A DNA stretch of 64,000 bases from an uncultured Syntrophomonadaceae bacterium (lineage in GTDB: Bacteria > Bacillota > Dethiobacteria > DTU022). Positions 1-13,762 of the stretch are shown one piece after another. The first letter of the stretch is position 1; every line of letters starts with the position of its first letter. Location of the stretch: NCBI GenBank assembly GCA_964506505.1, contig CAZDKY010000019.1, positions 606-64,605 of the forward strand, in the 5' to 3' direction. Both the position numbers and the translations under genes were made by a program. Under the pieces are notes generated by a model. It saw only the letters and a list, made by a program, of their open reading frames with translations. It ran no database searches and was not told where the DNA came from.

Positions 1-1061
1 ACAGACGGAATAGTTTCCACCGCCGTCCTGCCAAATTTTTGAGTGTAATAGGAAAGAAAGTGGTTGACCAGCAGGGGAATATCGCTTTTTATATCCCGCA
101 GAGGAGGCAGAAAGATTGGAAAAACATTCAGTCGGAAATAGAGATCCTTGCGAAAGAGACCTTTTTCGACAAACTCTTCCAGATCGGCATTGGTAGCGGC
201 GATAAGGCGCACATCAAGCCTCCGCGGACGCGACTCGCCTACCCTGATTATTTCTTCTTCCTGAATCGCCCGTAGCAGACGGGCCTGCGCTTCGCTGCTC
301 AGTCCGCCGATTTCATCGAGAAATAAAGTTCCCCCGCTTGCTTCCTCAAAATAGCCCTTCCGTCCGCCTTTTTTGGCACCTGTAAAAGCGCCGTCACCAT
401 AACCGAAGAGTTCGCTTTCCAGGAGAGTATCGGTCAGAGAAGCGCAGTTTACCCTGATAAAAGATTTTTCCGCCCTGTCGCTGGCGTGGTGAATAGCATG
501 GGCAAAGAGCTCCTTGCCCGTCCCGCATTCTCCGCGCAGGAGAACGCAGGCCGGTGTAGCAGCGGCCTGTCTGGCCCTCTCCGCTGTTCTGCGCAGCAAT
601 TCACTGCCGCCGATGATATCATCGAAAGTATAGCGTGATTCCAGCCGTCTGACCAGGAGGCGGGTCCTTTCCAGTTCCTCCATTACCCGGCGCAGCTCGG
701 AAATATCATGGATTACCCCGACACTTCCCTTTAAATGTCCGTTGATGATCAGCGGAGCGCAGCTGACGATTACTTCTCGGCGAAAGGGCCCCACCTTCAT
801 GCGGACTCCTTTTATCGGTTTTCTCGTCTGCAGGACACGCATATGTACACTTTCGCCTTCTGCAATATCAACGGTCGCCGGCTTGCTGAGGACCTGTTCC
901 TTACTCATTCCCGTAATCCTCGTATAAGCCCGATTAACCATCAGTCCAAGACCATTTTCATCAACCACGGAAACCGCGTCTGACAACGAATCAATAATGG
1001 CCTGAAGCAGCTGCCGGTTTTCTTCGTCGGTGGCCAGGGAAGAAATCTTCTTTTCAGCCAT
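1..1061 (-). CDS. Sigma-54-dependent transcriptional activator (PAS sensor + AAA+ domain), 3'-truncated at the window edge
   Basis: Reverse-strand translation from the ATG at 1059-1061 gives [37 protein letters not shown] (PAS-like), then GESGTGKE...[10 protein letters not shown]...[14 protein letters not shown] (AAA+ sigma-54 interaction domain). Missing from the ORF track because the stop lies outside the window. Confidence 0.8.
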   Translation of the reverse strand, partial: MAEKKISSLATDEENRQLLQAIIDSLSDAVSVVDENGLGLMVNRAYTRITGMSKEQVLSKPATVDIAEGESVHMRVLQTRKPIKGVRMKVGPFRREVIVSCAPLIINGHLKGSVGVIHDISELRRVMEELERTRLLVRRLESRYTFDDIIGGSELLRRTAERARQAAATPACVLLRGECGTGKELFAHAIHHASDRAEKSFIRVNCASLTDTLLESELFGYGDGAFTGAKKGGRKGYFEEASGGTLFLDEIGGLSSEAQARLLRAIQEEEIIRVGESRPRRLDVRLIAATNADLEEFVEKGLFRKDLYFRLNVFPIFLPPLRDIKSDIPLLVNHFLSYYTQKFGRTAVETIPS

Positions 1062-1169
1062 CTAACATTACCCCCGTAATCGGGTTAAAATAATAATTAT
1101 TTTCCATTTCTGAAAAGAGATATTTACATCCGCCAGAACATTTTGACGGCCCGATCGATAACCCATGGC

Positions 1170-3191
<2,022 letters not shown>

Positions 3192-3344
3192 CTATTCAGT
3201 CTCTGTTTCTGCCCAGGTCCGCTGCAGCGGTATGTTTTGATACTCACCATTATGACAATTATAAAGTTACTTATCATTCAATACTAATTCCTGTATTTTT
3301 TGTTCCCCTTTATTGACTTCTGTGGGGAACGACAGTCAAAATCG

Positions 3345-3758
3345 CTAAAGGGTTTGATTACTGCTAAAACTGCCGCGCAGGTAATCTATTATTGAATCAA
3401 GGGAATCACCGGGAATAAAAATCCGATCGGCATCTCCTCTTTTAAGAAGCTCTGCAGCGTCTTCTTCCGGGATTATCCCCCCTACTACCACCAAAATATC
3501 GCCCAATCCTTTTCCCCTGAGAAGGGCTTTAATACGCGGCACCAGGGTCAGGTGAGCCCCGGAAAGAATACTCAGGCCGACAACGTCGACGTCTTCCTGC
3601 AGGGCTGTCTCGGCAATTTGTTCCGCAGTCTGATGCAGGCCGGTGTAGACAATTTCCATACCGGCGTCACGCAGGGCCCTGGCCACCACCCTGGCTCCGC
3701 GGTCATGGCCATCCAGTCCCGGCTTGGCCACGAGAACCCTGATTTTTCTTCGGTCCAT
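3345..3758 (-). CDS. Acyl-CoA mutase B12-binding subunit (methylmalonyl-/isobutyryl-CoA mutase small subunit)
   Basis: 137 aa; [34 protein letters not shown] cobalamin-binding DxHxxG fold. Confidence 0.85.
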   Translation of the reverse strand: MDRRKIRVLVAKPGLDGHDRGARVVARALRDAGMEIVYTGLHQTAEQIAETALQEDVDVVGLSILSGAHLTLVPRIKALLRGKGLGDILVVVGGIIPEEDAAELLKRGDADRIFIPGDSLDSIIDYLRGSFSSNQTL

Positions 3759-4009
3759 ATATGATCAACCCCCAATCAGCTTCCCGCCGGCTATCGTCAA
3801 TCTTTCTTTCTTTACCGGTACTGATATTTCGTCCATTGAAGATCCTTCTGTCAATCACTTACTGCCACGCCTCTGCAAAAGACTCAATAAAATTTACTTA
3901 TTATTTATCATTCTTAATTGTTGCCAACAATATCGTCTTCCGTTTAATTTCAGGTGAAAGCTGCCTTTCCTGAATCACTCTCAGCACGCGGTTTTTTTAA
4001 AATGACCGG

Positions 4010-5686
4010 TTAAAAAAGCGGTTTTTCCCGATATATGCCGAATATTTCTTTCAGTGCGGCCACGATCTCTCCTTCAGTGGCATAAACCCTGACCGCATCC
4101 AGTATTTTCGGTATTAAATTGTCTCCTCCTCGGGCCGTTTTCTTCAGCTCTGTCAGCATGGTGGAAACCGCCTCATTGTCTCGTGCCTCTTTTAACTTTT
4201 GCAGGCGCCTGAACTGTTTCTCTTCCACCGCCGGATCTATCTTCAGCAGCTCAATCTGAAGCGATTCGCCGCTCGTAAAACGATTCACACCGACGACAAT
4301 GCGCTCCCCGCTGTCAATGGCCTTCTGATAGAGGTAAGCGGCGTCGGCGATCTCCTGCTGGAAAAATCCGCAGTCGATGGCTGCCATTACTCCGCCAAGC
4401 TCGTCAATACGGCGGAAGTATTCTTCCGCTTCCGCCTCCATTTGGTCTGTCATACACTCGATAAAGTAGGAACCGGCCAGCGGATCAATTGTGTCGGCAA
4501 CACCGCTCTCGTGGGCGATCACCTGCTGGGTTCGCAGAGCTATCTTTGCTGATTTCTCAGTCGGCAGGGCCAGCACTTCGTCCATCGAATTGGTGTGAAG
4601 CGACTGGGTCCCGCCGAGGACGGCAGCCAGTGCTTCAATCGTGGTCCTCATAATGTTGTTTTCAGGTTCCCGCGCTGTAAGACTGCATCCAGCAGTCTGG
4701 GTATGAAAGCGCATTTTCAGGGAACGGGGGTCCCGGGCTCCGTACTGCTCTTTCATCCGCCGGGCCCAGATCCGCCTGGCCGCCCTGTACTTGCAGATCT
4801 CTTCAAAAAAATCGATGTGGGAATTAAAAAAGAATGACAACCGAGGGGCAAAGCGGTCCACGTTTAGGCCAGCCTTAATACCGGCTTCAACATAGGCAAA
4901 GCCGTCTGCCAGGGTAAAAGCCAGCTCCTGGACAGCAGTTGACCCGGCTTCGCGGATATGGTATCCGCTGATACTAACGGTATTCCACCTGGGAACATGC
5001 TCTGCAGCAAAAGTAAAAATATCGGTAATCAGACGCATTGATGGTTCCGGTGGGAAAATCCACGATTTCTGGGCGATATACTCTTTCAAAATATCGTTCT
5101 GGATGGTTCCGCCAAGCTGCTCAAAACCGATTCCCTGCTTTTCCGCAGTGGCCAGGTACATACACCAGATTACAGCCGCCGGACCGTTAATGGTCATTGA
5201 AGTGGTCACTTTGTCCAGGGAAATGCCGTCGAAGAGAACTTCCATATCGGCCAGGGAATCGACTGCCACCCCGCAGCGTCCCACCTCACCTGATGCCCGC
5301 TCATGATCTGAATCATATCCCATGATTGTGGGCATGTCGAAGGCTACACTTAGACCGGTCTGCCCCTGTTCGAGCAAATAGCGGTAGCGGCGGTTGGAAT
5401 CAAAGGCGTCACCGTAACCCGAGAACTGGCGCATCGTCCACAGTTGGCCCCGGTACATACTGGCCTGAACTCCCCTGGTATAGGGATATTCACCGGGAAA
5501 TCCAAGCTCTTTTTCGTATTCCAGGTTTTCAATATCGATAAGCGTATAGAGGTCCTGCACCGTCCTGCCGGATACCGTCTCAAAGGAACTTTTACGTTCA
5601 GGCAGAACGTTTTTTTTATCCTGCCACTTTTTTAGCCGGGCAGCGATACTGTCCCTTTTTTTCTTGTCGTCCACCGGATTATTCAC
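4010..5686 (-). CDS. Acyl-CoA mutase catalytic (TIM-barrel) subunit, MCM/ICM family
   Basis: 558 aa; typical methylmalonyl-CoA mutase N-terminal substrate domain (FTGYGD..., [17 protein letters not shown]). A separate gene supplies the B12 domain, so the enzyme is a split mutase. Confidence 0.85.
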   Translation of the reverse strand: MNNPVDDKKKRDSIAARLKKWQDKKNVLPERKSSFETVSGRTVQDLYTLIDIENLEYEKELGFPGEYPYTRGVQASMYRGQLWTMRQFSGYGDAFDSNRRYRYLLEQGQTGLSVAFDMPTIMGYDSDHERASGEVGRCGVAVDSLADMEVLFDGISLDKVTTSMTINGPAAVIWCMYLATAEKQGIGFEQLGGTIQNDILKEYIAQKSWIFPPEPSMRLITDIFTFAAEHVPRWNTVSISGYHIREAGSTAVQELAFTLADGFAYVEAGIKAGLNVDRFAPRLSFFFNSHIDFFEEICKYRAARRIWARRMKEQYGARDPRSLKMRFHTQTAGCSLTAREPENNIMRTTIEALAAVLGGTQSLHTNSMDEVLALPTEKSAKIALRTQQVIAHESGVADTIDPLAGSYFIECMTDQMEAEAEEYFRRIDELGGVMAAIDCGFFQQEIADAAYLYQKAIDSGERIVVGVNRFTSGESLQIELLKIDPAVEEKQFRRLQKLKEARDNEAVSTMLTELKKTARGGDNLIPKILDAVRVYATEGEIVAALKEIFGIYREKPLF

Positions 5687-5699
5687 CCCGCTCCGATAG

Positions 5700-6641
5700 C
5701 TATAGAAAGTCTATCTCCTCGAGCAGTTCGGCCGCGGCACTGTACGGATCCAGGCGGCGTTGAACGATCCTGTTCACCAGGGTTTCTATTTCAATCCCTT
5801 CCCTGACCTGCTCCCATATTTTATTTTTGACCAGGTACTCCACCTGTTCGGTCAGTTCCCGCCTGACCCTTTCTTTTCGCACTTCCAGCAGTTTTTCGCT
5901 TTCTTCCATGAAATGGCGGTGGTTACGAAGCGCCTGCCACAGCTCATCCATTCCTTCGTTTCGCACCGAGATCGTGCGGACAACCGGCGGCCGCCACTGT
6001 GTTTCACTTTTCATATCAAGCATGATATTTATCTCGGTAGTTGTTCTTTCCGCTCCGCTGAGGTCTGCCTTATTAACGACAAAAATATCGGCTATTTCCA
6101 TTATTCCCGCCTTAAGAGTCTGGACACTGTCTCCACCGGCGGGAGTGAGAACCACGATCGTCGTGTCAGCTGTTTTGACAATGTCCACTTCCGACTGGCC
6201 CACCCCCACAGTTTCCACCAAAATGATATCCTTTCCGAAAGCATCGAGAACCTGGATTGCTTCTCTCGTTGAACGCGAAAGCCCTCCCAGGCTGCCCCTG
6301 GCGCCCATGCTGCGAATGAATATCCCTTCATCGAGGGCGTGATCCTGCATCCTGATCCGGTCGCCGAGGATTGCTCCCCCGCTGAAAGGGCTGGTGGGAT
6401 CAACGGCAATAATACCAACCGTAAAACCGTCACGGCGAATCTTTTTTAACAGGCAGTCTACCAGCGAACTTTTACCCGAGCCGGGAGCCCCGGTAATACC
6501 GATGACATAAGCATTTCCGGTATGGGGAAACACTTCCTGCAGGAGGGCCCGTTTTTCGGGGACATCGTTCTCAATATTTGAAATGAGGCGAGCTGCCGCC
6601 CGCCTGTTTCCCTGTAACAATTCTTTAACCAGCTGATCCAT
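5700..6641 (-). CDS. meaB: Mutase-associated G-protein chaperone MeaB/ArgK
   Basis: 313 aa; P-loop [13 protein letters not shown] motif, immediately upstream of the mutase genes. Confidence 0.9.
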   Translation of the reverse strand: MDQLVKELLQGNRRAAARLISNIENDVPEKRALLQEVFPHTGNAYVIGITGAPGSGKSSLVDCLLKKIRRDGFTVGIIAVDPTSPFSGGAILGDRIRMQDHALDEGIFIRSMGARGSLGGLSRSTREAIQVLDAFGKDIILVETVGVGQSEVDIVKTADTTIVVLTPAGGDSVQTLKAGIMEIADIFVVNKADLSGAERTTTEINIMLDMKSETQWRPPVVRTISVRNEGMDELWQALRNHRHFMEESEKLLEVRKERVRRELTEQVEYLVKNKIWEQVREGIEIETLVNRIVQRRLDPYSAAAELLEEIDFL

Positions 6642-6659
6642 TTATCGATTCTACCCCGT

Positions 6660-7187
6660 TCAGTATTCTATACCGCGGCAGCATTCCGCTCCCTTTTCGT
6701 AATGGTGTTTTATGGCCAGAACTTCGCTGACCATATCGGCTCTTTTAACCAGTTCAGGCGTGGCGTTTCTTCCTGTTAAAACAACCGCTACACCTGTAGG
6801 CTTCTGCTCCAGCATTTCCAGGAGCTCCTTTTCATCAATCAGACCGTAATCCACAGCGACGTTGATTTCATCAAGCACTACCAGGTCATATTCGCCGCCC
6901 ATGATCGCTTTTTTTGCTTTGGCCAATCCTTCAACGGCCAGCTCTCTATCAACAGGATCCGGTTTTTCTCGATTGACAAAAGTATCCCGCCCCGCTCTTA
7001 TTAATGTTAGGTTCGGCATATTGGCCGTTGCCAGAAACTCACCGTAATCGCGCCCTTTCATAAAATGAATCATGAACACACGATATCCATGGCCGAGGGC
7101 CCTGACGGCCTGCCCCACGGCAGCAGTTGTTTTTCCCTTGCCATCGCCGGTATAGACCATTACCAGTCCCGGCAGTTTTTCAGTCAT
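6660..7187 (-). CDS. Cob(I)yrinic acid a,c-diamide / cob(I)alamin adenosyltransferase (CobA/BtuR type)
   Basis: 175 aa; MVYTGDGKGKTTAAVGQAVRALGHGYRV, classic CobA P-loop. Confidence 0.85.
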   Translation of the reverse strand: MTEKLPGLVMVYTGDGKGKTTAAVGQAVRALGHGYRVFMIHFMKGRDYGEFLATANMPNLTLIRAGRDTFVNREKPDPVDRELAVEGLAKAKKAIMGGEYDLVVLDEINVAVDYGLIDEKELLEMLEQKPTGVAVVLTGRNATPELVKRADMVSEVLAIKHHYEKGAECCRGIEY

Positions 7188-7273
7188 TTTTTTACTCCTT
7201 TCGCCTGCATCTTTCAGCTTTTCTTTGCCTGAAATGCGCTATTTCGGCTGCCGCAATTACTCCTTTGACCGAA

Positions 7274-8431
7274 TCATGAAAGTAAATACCTTGAAATAAC
7301 CAGGCGCTGCACTTCGCTGGTTCCCTCATAAATCTGGGTAATCTTGGCATCGCGCATTAATCTCTCCACCGGGTAATCTTTTGTATACCCGTATCCGCCG
7401 AAAATCTGCACCGCATTGGTGGTTACTTCCATTGCCGTTTCGGAAGCGTAGAGCTTAGCCATGGCCGAAGCTTTTCCGTAGGGCATGCCTTCATTCTCCA
7501 GGTAGGCGGCTTGATAGGTCAGCAGCCGGGCAGCCTCAATTTTGGTGGCCATATCGGCCATCATGAACGAAATAGCCTGGAAGCTGCCAATGGGCCGGCC
7601 GAACTGTTCCCTGGTTTTGGCATAGCTGACTGCCTCATCCAGTGCCCCCTGGGCTATGCCCACTGCCTGGGCGGCGATGCCGTTTCTACCACCGTCCAGC
7701 GTGCTCATGGCGATCTTGAATCCTTCTCCCTCATTTCCAAGCAGGTTCTCCTTCGGCACCTCGCAGTTCTCAAAAATCATTTCGGCGGTAACCGATGAAC
7801 GAAGTCCCATTTTCTTTTCCTTTTTACCGAAGGATAATCCCGGTGCCCCCTTTTCCACGATAAAGCCGCTGATTCCCCTTGCTTTTTTCTCTTTGTCCGT
7901 TGCGGCAAAGACAATATATATTTCCGCTTCCCCGGCGTTGGTGGTGAAAATCTTGTTACCGTTGAGGATATATTTATTGTCTTCGAGGACCGCTGTAGTC
8001 TGAACAGCAGCGGCATCAGTCCCGGCTGTCGATTCCGTCAGGGCATAGGCGCCGAGCTTCTCCCCCAGGGCCATCGGCACAAGAAATTTTTTCTTCTGTT
8101 CTTCAGAACCATATTTATATACTGGCCATCCGGCCAGCGAGATGTGTGCCGACATGGTTGTCCCGGCAGAAGCTTCCACCCGCGACAGCTCTTCCACCGC
8201 AATGATATAGCTCAGGAAATCACATCCGCCTCCTCCATATTCTTCCGGCCATGGAATCCCGGTCAGTCCCAGCTGTCCCATTTTGTCAAACAAATCCCTG
8301 TTAAATATTTCTTTCTCGTCTCTTTCCGCCACCCCTGGTTTGAGCTCTTTTTCGGCAAAATCCCGGACCATCTGCCTGGTCATTTCCTGCATTTCGGTTA
8401 AAGTAAAGTTCATTTCTCCAACCTCCATCAT
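7274..8431 (-). CDS. Acyl-CoA dehydrogenase (butyryl-CoA dehydrogenase-like)
   Basis: 385 aa; ACAD family N/M/C domains ([53 protein letters not shown]). Confidence 0.85.
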   Translation of the reverse strand: MMEVGEMNFTLTEMQEMTRQMVRDFAEKELKPGVAERDEKEIFNRDLFDKMGQLGLTGIPWPEEYGGGGCDFLSYIIAVEELSRVEASAGTTMSAHISLAGWPVYKYGSEEQKKKFLVPMALGEKLGAYALTESTAGTDAAAVQTTAVLEDNKYILNGNKIFTTNAGEAEIYIVFAATDKEKKARGISGFIVEKGAPGLSFGKKEKKMGLRSSVTAEMIFENCEVPKENLLGNEGEGFKIAMSTLDGGRNGIAAQAVGIAQGALDEAVSYAKTREQFGRPIGSFQAISFMMADMATKIEAARLLTYQAAYLENEGMPYGKASAMAKLYASETAMEVTTNAVQIFGGYGYTKDYPVERLMRDAKITQIYEGTSEVQRLVISRYLLS

Positions 8432-8449
8432 TTTTATATATCAGCTTCT

Positions 8450-9574
8450 TTAGCTGCCTCTTACTTCCGAGCAGCTCCGGGCTATGACTATCCGCTGAAT
8501 CTGATTGGTTCCTTCGTAAATCTGAGTTGCTTTGTCATCACAAAATAACCGCACCGGCAGGCTTCCCTGGATTATCCCTTCAAAGCTGCATGTCTCGATG
8601 CACCATGATGCCGCTTCCATGGCCAGATCAGTGGCCGCCGTTTTGGCCATCGATGCCTCCATGGCCTTACCTTTTCCTGTGTCCCTGTTTGCCGCCGCCC
8701 GGTAAGTTAAAAGGCGGGCCGCTTCCAGTCGGGTTGCCAGGTTGGCCAACTCAAATCTTTTACCCTGCCCGTTGCCTTCCTTCCAATCTGCCCTTTTTTT
8801 TAAACACAACATTCCGTAGTCGAGGGCCGCCGCGGCAATCCCCAGTCCCTGGGCGGCAATACCGATCCTGCCACCGTCAAGAAGAGACATAGCTACAGAA
8901 AAGCCCTTTCCTTCTTTTTCTAGTCTGTTCGACACTGGAACATAAAGATCCTCCATCAGCAGTTCCGCTGTGTGAGTTCTGTGCAGACCCATTTTACTTT
9001 CAATTCTACCAACCGTTAAACCGGGACTGCCCTTTTCCACAAGGAAGGCAGTAATTCCCTTTCGCCCCAGAGAAGGATCAATTGTCGCAAAAATAGTGTA
9101 AAGATCGGCTTCTCCGCCGCTGGTGATGAATATTTTCCTCCCAGTTAAACGATAACCACCGTGAACAGGCCTGGCTCCTGTCGAAATGGCGGCTGCGTCG
9201 GAACCTGCATCCGGCTCGGTTAAAGCAAAAGCGCCAATATATTCCCCCCGGGCCAGTTTGACCAGGTAACGTCTTTTCTGTTCTTCGCTGCCAAAATAAA
9301 GCAGCGGCAAGCTTCCTACTGAAGTATGGACGGCCATGATTACACCCGTCGAGGCGCAGATCCTGGAAACCTCTTCAATAAACAGAGTGTAGGTCAGGAA
9401 GTCCTCTCCCAGGCCGCCGTATTGCCGGGGAATGGGCAGACCCATATATCCTCTTTCCGCCGCCCGCTTCAGGTTTGCCCGCGGGTAATCATCGCCGCAG
9501 TCAATGTTTTTCTCGGCAAAATAACGGAATTCCGCTGCCTTTTCGCGGTGCTCTTTAGAAAGGATCAATGACAT
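8450..9574 (-). CDS. Acyl-CoA dehydrogenase (second paralog)
   Basis: 374 aa; ACAD fold (YEGTNQIQRIVIAR C-terminus). Confidence 0.85.
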   Translation of the reverse strand: MSLILSKEHREKAAEFRYFAEKNIDCGDDYPRANLKRAAERGYMGLPIPRQYGGLGEDFLTYTLFIEEVSRICASTGVIMAVHTSVGSLPLLYFGSEEQKRRYLVKLARGEYIGAFALTEPDAGSDAAAISTGARPVHGGYRLTGRKIFITSGGEADLYTIFATIDPSLGRKGITAFLVEKGSPGLTVGRIESKMGLHRTHTAELLMEDLYVPVSNRLEKEGKGFSVAMSLLDGGRIGIAAQGLGIAAAALDYGMLCLKKRADWKEGNGQGKRFELANLATRLEAARLLTYRAAANRDTGKGKAMEASMAKTAATDLAMEAASWCIETCSFEGIIQGSLPVRLFCDDKATQIYEGTNQIQRIVIARSCSEVRGS

Positions 9575-9657
9575 ATCCTTAATTCACCCGTCGCGGTTGG
9601 ATTTTAACTGCCGGATCTGATCCATGCAGGAGATCGGGTAACAGAATCCAAATAAAT

Positions 9658-10839
9658 TCAATCCACCCTGATTATCGTTGCTTCACCCTGAGCTGCCCCG
9701 CTGCAGATTGTAGCCATTCCGTACCCGCCGCCCCGGCGGCGCAGCTCGGCAATTAAGGTCATCAAAATGCGGGCTCCGCTGGCCCCGATGGGATGCCCCA
9801 GGGCTACTGCTCCCCCATTGATGTTTACTTTTTCCTCTTTCCATCCGCCCAGTTTTATACAGGTCAGGGCCACTGCAGCGAAGGCTTCGTTTACTTCAAT
9901 CAGAGTCATCTGTTCGGCTGTCATTCCCGCTGCCGCCAGAGCCTTTCCCGCCGCTACCAGGGGAACCGTGGCTATATAACGCGGCGGCAGTGAGGCCATC
10001 CCCTGGGCAATAATTTCAGCCAGAGGCTTCCACCCATCCTCACGGGCCAGTTTAGAAGAGGCCAGGACCAGTGCTCCTGCGCCGTCGCTGATCGGAGGAG
10101 CGTTTCCCGCGGTAATCAGGCCCTCTTTTTCAAAAGCGGGGGGCAAAGAAGCCAGTTTTCCCAGGCTGGTATCACTGCGCGGCAGCTCGTCTGTTGCAAA
10201 AATAAAATTACCACCCTTTTTCTGCGGAACAACCATTTCGACAATTTCCTCGGCCAGCTTCCCTTCTTCAATGGCCGCCGTTGCCCGCTGGTGGCTGCGC
10301 AGGGCAAAACGATCCATGGCCGCTCTGGTTATGCCGTGCTCGGCAGGCACGGCCGATCCGTGAACCCCCATGTGCACATTGTGAAAAGGACACCACAGGC
10401 CGTCATGGATCATCCCATCAACCAAGGGGGCATCACCCATCCTTGCCCCTTCCCTTGCCCGGGGCAGGAAATAAGGCACGGCGCTCATATTTTCCATTCC
10501 CCCGGCGACGACGAGTGAGGCTTCGCCGCACCTGATCATTAAATCGCCCAGATTAACTGCCCGCAGGCCTGAAGCACAAACCTTGTTAATTGTTTCCGAG
10601 GGCACCTCCGGTGGCAACCCGGCTTTGACAGCCGCCTGACGCGACGGTATCTGACCCGCGCCGGCCTGGATAACCATACCCATGATCACGTTATCCACCC
10701 TGCTGCCGTCAATCCTGCTGCGATCTAGAGCCCCTTTGATTACTGCTGCTCCCAGCTCAACTGCCGGCATCTCCCGCAGGGAACCGAGGAACCTGCCAAA
10801 AGGGGTCCGGGCAAAGCCCAGTATAACAGTTTTTCCCAT
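9658..10839 (-). CDS. Acetyl-CoA C-acetyltransferase (thiolase II)
   Basis: 393 aa; thiolase signatures NKVCASGLRAV, GGGYGMATICSGAAQG. Confidence 0.9.
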   Translation of the reverse strand: MGKTVILGFARTPFGRFLGSLREMPAVELGAAVIKGALDRSRIDGSRVDNVIMGMVIQAGAGQIPSRQAAVKAGLPPEVPSETINKVCASGLRAVNLGDLMIRCGEASLVVAGGMENMSAVPYFLPRAREGARMGDAPLVDGMIHDGLWCPFHNVHMGVHGSAVPAEHGITRAAMDRFALRSHQRATAAIEEGKLAEEIVEMVVPQKKGGNFIFATDELPRSDTSLGKLASLPPAFEKEGLITAGNAPPISDGAGALVLASSKLAREDGWKPLAEIIAQGMASLPPRYIATVPLVAAGKALAAAGMTAEQMTLIEVNEAFAAVALTCIKLGGWKEEKVNINGGAVALGHPIGASGARILMTLIAELRRRGGGYGMATICSGAAQGEATIIRVD

Positions 10840-10927
10840 TTGTCCTCACTCCAACCGCAGAGTTTTCATTTAAAACAATTCCGGCACTGGTAGGCTGAAA
10901 TTAAATTATTTGCTCCCGCAGACCTGG

Positions 10928-12202
10928 TTACAGGGCCCGATGGGCAATGTCCCGGCGGAAATAACGCCCTTCAAATTCTATTTTATCAACTGCTTCGTAG
11001 ACACGCTTCAATGCTTTATTCAGATCTTCATCCCGGGCGGTAACGCCAAGTACACGCCCACCTGCGGTTAACAAATGCCTGTCCTTAAAAACCGTACCGG
11101 CATGGAAAACGGCCACTTTTCCCTCGCCTTCTTTTACTGCTTCCGCCAAACCGTAAATGGGATAACCTGTTTCGTAGTGGGCGGGATATCCCCTGGAGGC
11201 CAGAACGACGCATACAGCCGGATCGGCAAACCACCGTACCTTCATCTCGCCCAGGGTACCTTCCGCCGCCGCCATTAAGAGCGGCAGCAGATCCGATTCC
11301 ATACGCGGAATAATGGCCTGTGTTTCCGGATCTCCAAATCGCACATTAAATTCCAGGACGTTAATCCTGCCTTTGTCAATCATCAACCCGGCATAAATTA
11401 CACCGCGAAAATCAATTTTATCTTCCGCCAGCCCCTGCAAAAGAGGTTGGAACACTTCCTCTTCAATTCGGGCTGCCACATCATCCGTATAAACCGGGGC
11501 CGGTGAATAGGCCCCCATGCCGCCGGTATTCGGACCCCTGTCACCTTCTCCCACCGCCTTGTGATCTTGAGCCGAGGGCAAAAGGATATATTTTTGGCCG
11601 TCGGTTATCGCCAGCACTGATACCTCTTCACCGCCCAGGCATTGCTCGATAACCACACGGCTGCCGGCCTCACCAAAGGCCTTTTCAACCATTATGTCAT
11701 AGAGGGCCTGTTCAGCTTCTGCCGGCCCCGCTGCTACAGTAACTCCTTTGCCGGCAGCCAGTCCGTCAGCCTTGATCACTACCGGTCCACCGTAAAAACG
11801 GGATAGATGATACCGGGCTTCGTCAAACTCGTCAAAAACGGCAAAATCGGCGGTCGGTATGCCCCACTTTCTCATTTTACGCTTGGCCCAGACCTTACTG
11901 CCTTCCAGCCTGGCTCCGCTGCTGCCCGGGCCGAATACTTTAAGACCGGCATCCCTGAACCGATCGGCCAGTCCATCAACCAGGGGTACTTCCGGCCCGA
12001 CAACCGTCAGATCTATTTTATGGTCTAAAGCCCACTCTTTCAGAGCTTCCCAGTCTTCACTTTTCAGATCCAGGCATTCGGCATGATTGGCAATACCCGG
12101 GTTTCCGGGCATACAGTACATTTTTTTAATCAGGGGACTCTGAGCCAGCTTCCAGGCCAGGGCGTGCTCACGTCCGCCACTACCGACAATAAGAACCCGC
12201 AT
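10928..12202 (-). CDS. purD: Phosphoribosylamine--glycine ligase
   Basis: 424 aa; MRVLIVGSGGREHALAWKL. Confidence 0.95.
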   Translation of the reverse strand: MRVLIVGSGGREHALAWKLAQSPLIKKMYCMPGNPGIANHAECLDLKSEDWEALKEWALDHKIDLTVVGPEVPLVDGLADRFRDAGLKVFGPGSSGARLEGSKVWAKRKMRKWGIPTADFAVFDEFDEARYHLSRFYGGPVVIKADGLAAGKGVTVAAGPAEAEQALYDIMVEKAFGEAGSRVVIEQCLGGEEVSVLAITDGQKYILLPSAQDHKAVGEGDRGPNTGGMGAYSPAPVYTDDVAARIEEEVFQPLLQGLAEDKIDFRGVIYAGLMIDKGRINVLEFNVRFGDPETQAIIPRMESDLLPLLMAAAEGTLGEMKVRWFADPAVCVVLASRGYPAHYETGYPIYGLAEAVKEGEGKVAVFHAGTVFKDRHLLTAGGRVLGVTARDEDLNKALKRVYEAVDKIEFEGRYFRRDIAHRAL

Positions 12203-12223
12203 GCAGCATTCTCTCCTCTACCC

Positions 12224-13762
12224 TTAATGTTTAAAATGGCGCCTCCCTGTAAAGACCATGGTCAGACCCAGCCTTTCGCACAAAGCAATCGAATCAGCGT
12301 CTTTAAGCGATCCGCCGGGCTGAACAATTGCCGTCACCCCGGCGGCGGCTGCCGTCTCAACCGTATCGGGAAAAGGGAAAAAGGCATCTGAACCAAGAAC
12401 GGCCCCTTTTGCCTTTTCACCGGCCTGTTCCAGAGCAATTCTGGCCGCTCCGATACGGCTGGTCTGACCCGCCCCGATACCGAAGGTACGCCCCCTGCCG
12501 GCCAGGACAATGGCATTGGATCGAACATGTTTGACCACAGTCTGGGCAAAATTAAGAGCATCCCACTCTTCCTCAGTTGGAGCCCTCTTTGTAACGACCT
12601 TACCCCTTTTAACATCCACCGGTTCCCGATCAACAGTCTGCACCAGCACTCCACCGGCCACTTTTTTGAGGTCCCCTTCTCCTTCTCGATCATTTTTTAG
12701 ATCCATTTCCAGCAGTCGAATATCTTTTTTTGCCGCCAGAATATCCAGGGCCTCTTTGCTGAAAGCCGGGGCGGCAATGACCTCGATAAATATTTTTATC
12801 ATTTCCCGCGCTGTATCAGCATCTACCGGACGGTTCAGAGCCAGGACTCCGCCGAAAATGGAGACTGGATCACCTTCGTACGCCAGTTGATAAGCTTCGG
12901 CCAGGATTTCAGCCGAACCAACTCCGCATGGATTGGCATGCTTAACAGCCACTGCAGTAGGTTCGGTGAATTCCAGGACCAGTTCCCGTGCTGCGTTCAA
13001 ATCATTCAAGTTGTTAAAGGAAAGTTCTTTACCCTGAAGCTTGTGCATGGCCGCCAGTCCGGTTGCTTCACCACGACTTCGGTAGAATGCCGCTTTCTGC
13101 TGCGGATTTTCACCGTAGCGTAGATCCTGAACTTTACTCAGTGAAAGTAACATGTTATCTGGATAATCCCATATTTCCCCTTTTTGCAGACCTTCAAAAT
13201 AGGCAGCAATCGCGGCATCATATTCAGCGGTGTGAGCAAAAGCTTCTCCGGCCAGGCGAGCTCTTGTTTCTTTACTGATTCGGCCGTTTTTCTTAATCTC
13301 CGCTACCGTTTCGTCGTAGCGTTCTGGATTAACCAGGACTGCGACCCTTTCATGGTTCTTTGCAGCCGCCCTGATCATGGAAGGACCGCCTATATCTATA
13401 TTTTCAATCGCTTCCTCCGGGGTCACTCCTTCCCTGGCCACTGTCTGAATAAAGGGGTATAAATTGACCACAACCAGGTCGATGGGAACAATACCATGTT
13501 CTTTCAATTCTTTCGCTTGATTTGAACGGGCCAGGATACCACCGTGAATATAGGGGTGCAATGTTTTAACTCTCCCGCCGAGTATTTCCGGAAAGCCGGT
13601 TACTTCTGAAGCTTCAGTTACTTTTACCCCTCCTTCACGGATCGTTTTCGCTGTTCCGCCGGTTGAAACTATTTCATAACCCAGTTCTGAAAGCTCCCGG
13701 GCCAGCTCATATATTCCTCTTTTATCCGATACACTGAGCAGAGCTCTTTTTCGTTCAGTCAA
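12224..13762 (-). CDS. purH: Bifunctional AICAR transformylase / IMP cyclohydrolase
   Basis: 512 aa; MGS-like domain plus AICARFT domain. Confidence 0.95.
   Translation of the reverse strand: MTERKRALLSVSDKRGIYELARELSELGYEIVSTGGTAKTIREGGVKVTEASEVTGFPEILGGRVKTLHPYIHGGILARSNQAKELKEHGIVPIDLVVVNLYPFIQTVAREGVTPEEAIENIDIGGPSMIRAAAKNHERVAVLVNPERYDETVAEIKKNGRISKETRARLAGEAFAHTAEYDAAIAAYFEGLQKGEIWDYPDNMLLSLSKVQDLRYGENPQQKAAFYRSRGEATGLAAMHKLQGKELSFNNLNDLNAARELVLEFTEPTAVAVKHANPCGVGSAEILAEAYQLAYEGDPVSIFGGVLALNRPVDADTAREMIKIFIEVIAAPAFSKEALDILAAKKDIRLLEMDLKNDREGEGDLKKVAGGVLVQTVDREPVDVKRGKVVTKRAPTEEEWDALNFAQTVVKHVRSNAIVLAGRGRTFGIGAGQTSRIGAARIALEQAGEKAKGAVLGSDAFFPFPDTVETAAAAGVTAIVQPGGSLKDADSIALCERLGLTMVFTGRRHFKH

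Noticed and set aside
3270-3345. Hairpin GTTCCCC-N15-GGGGAAC downstream of the B12-subunit gene as a terminator
   Set aside because: The stem is followed by an A-run rather than a U-run in the relevant transcript direction (the T-run is on the wrong side), so it is not a convincing intrinsic terminator on either strand.
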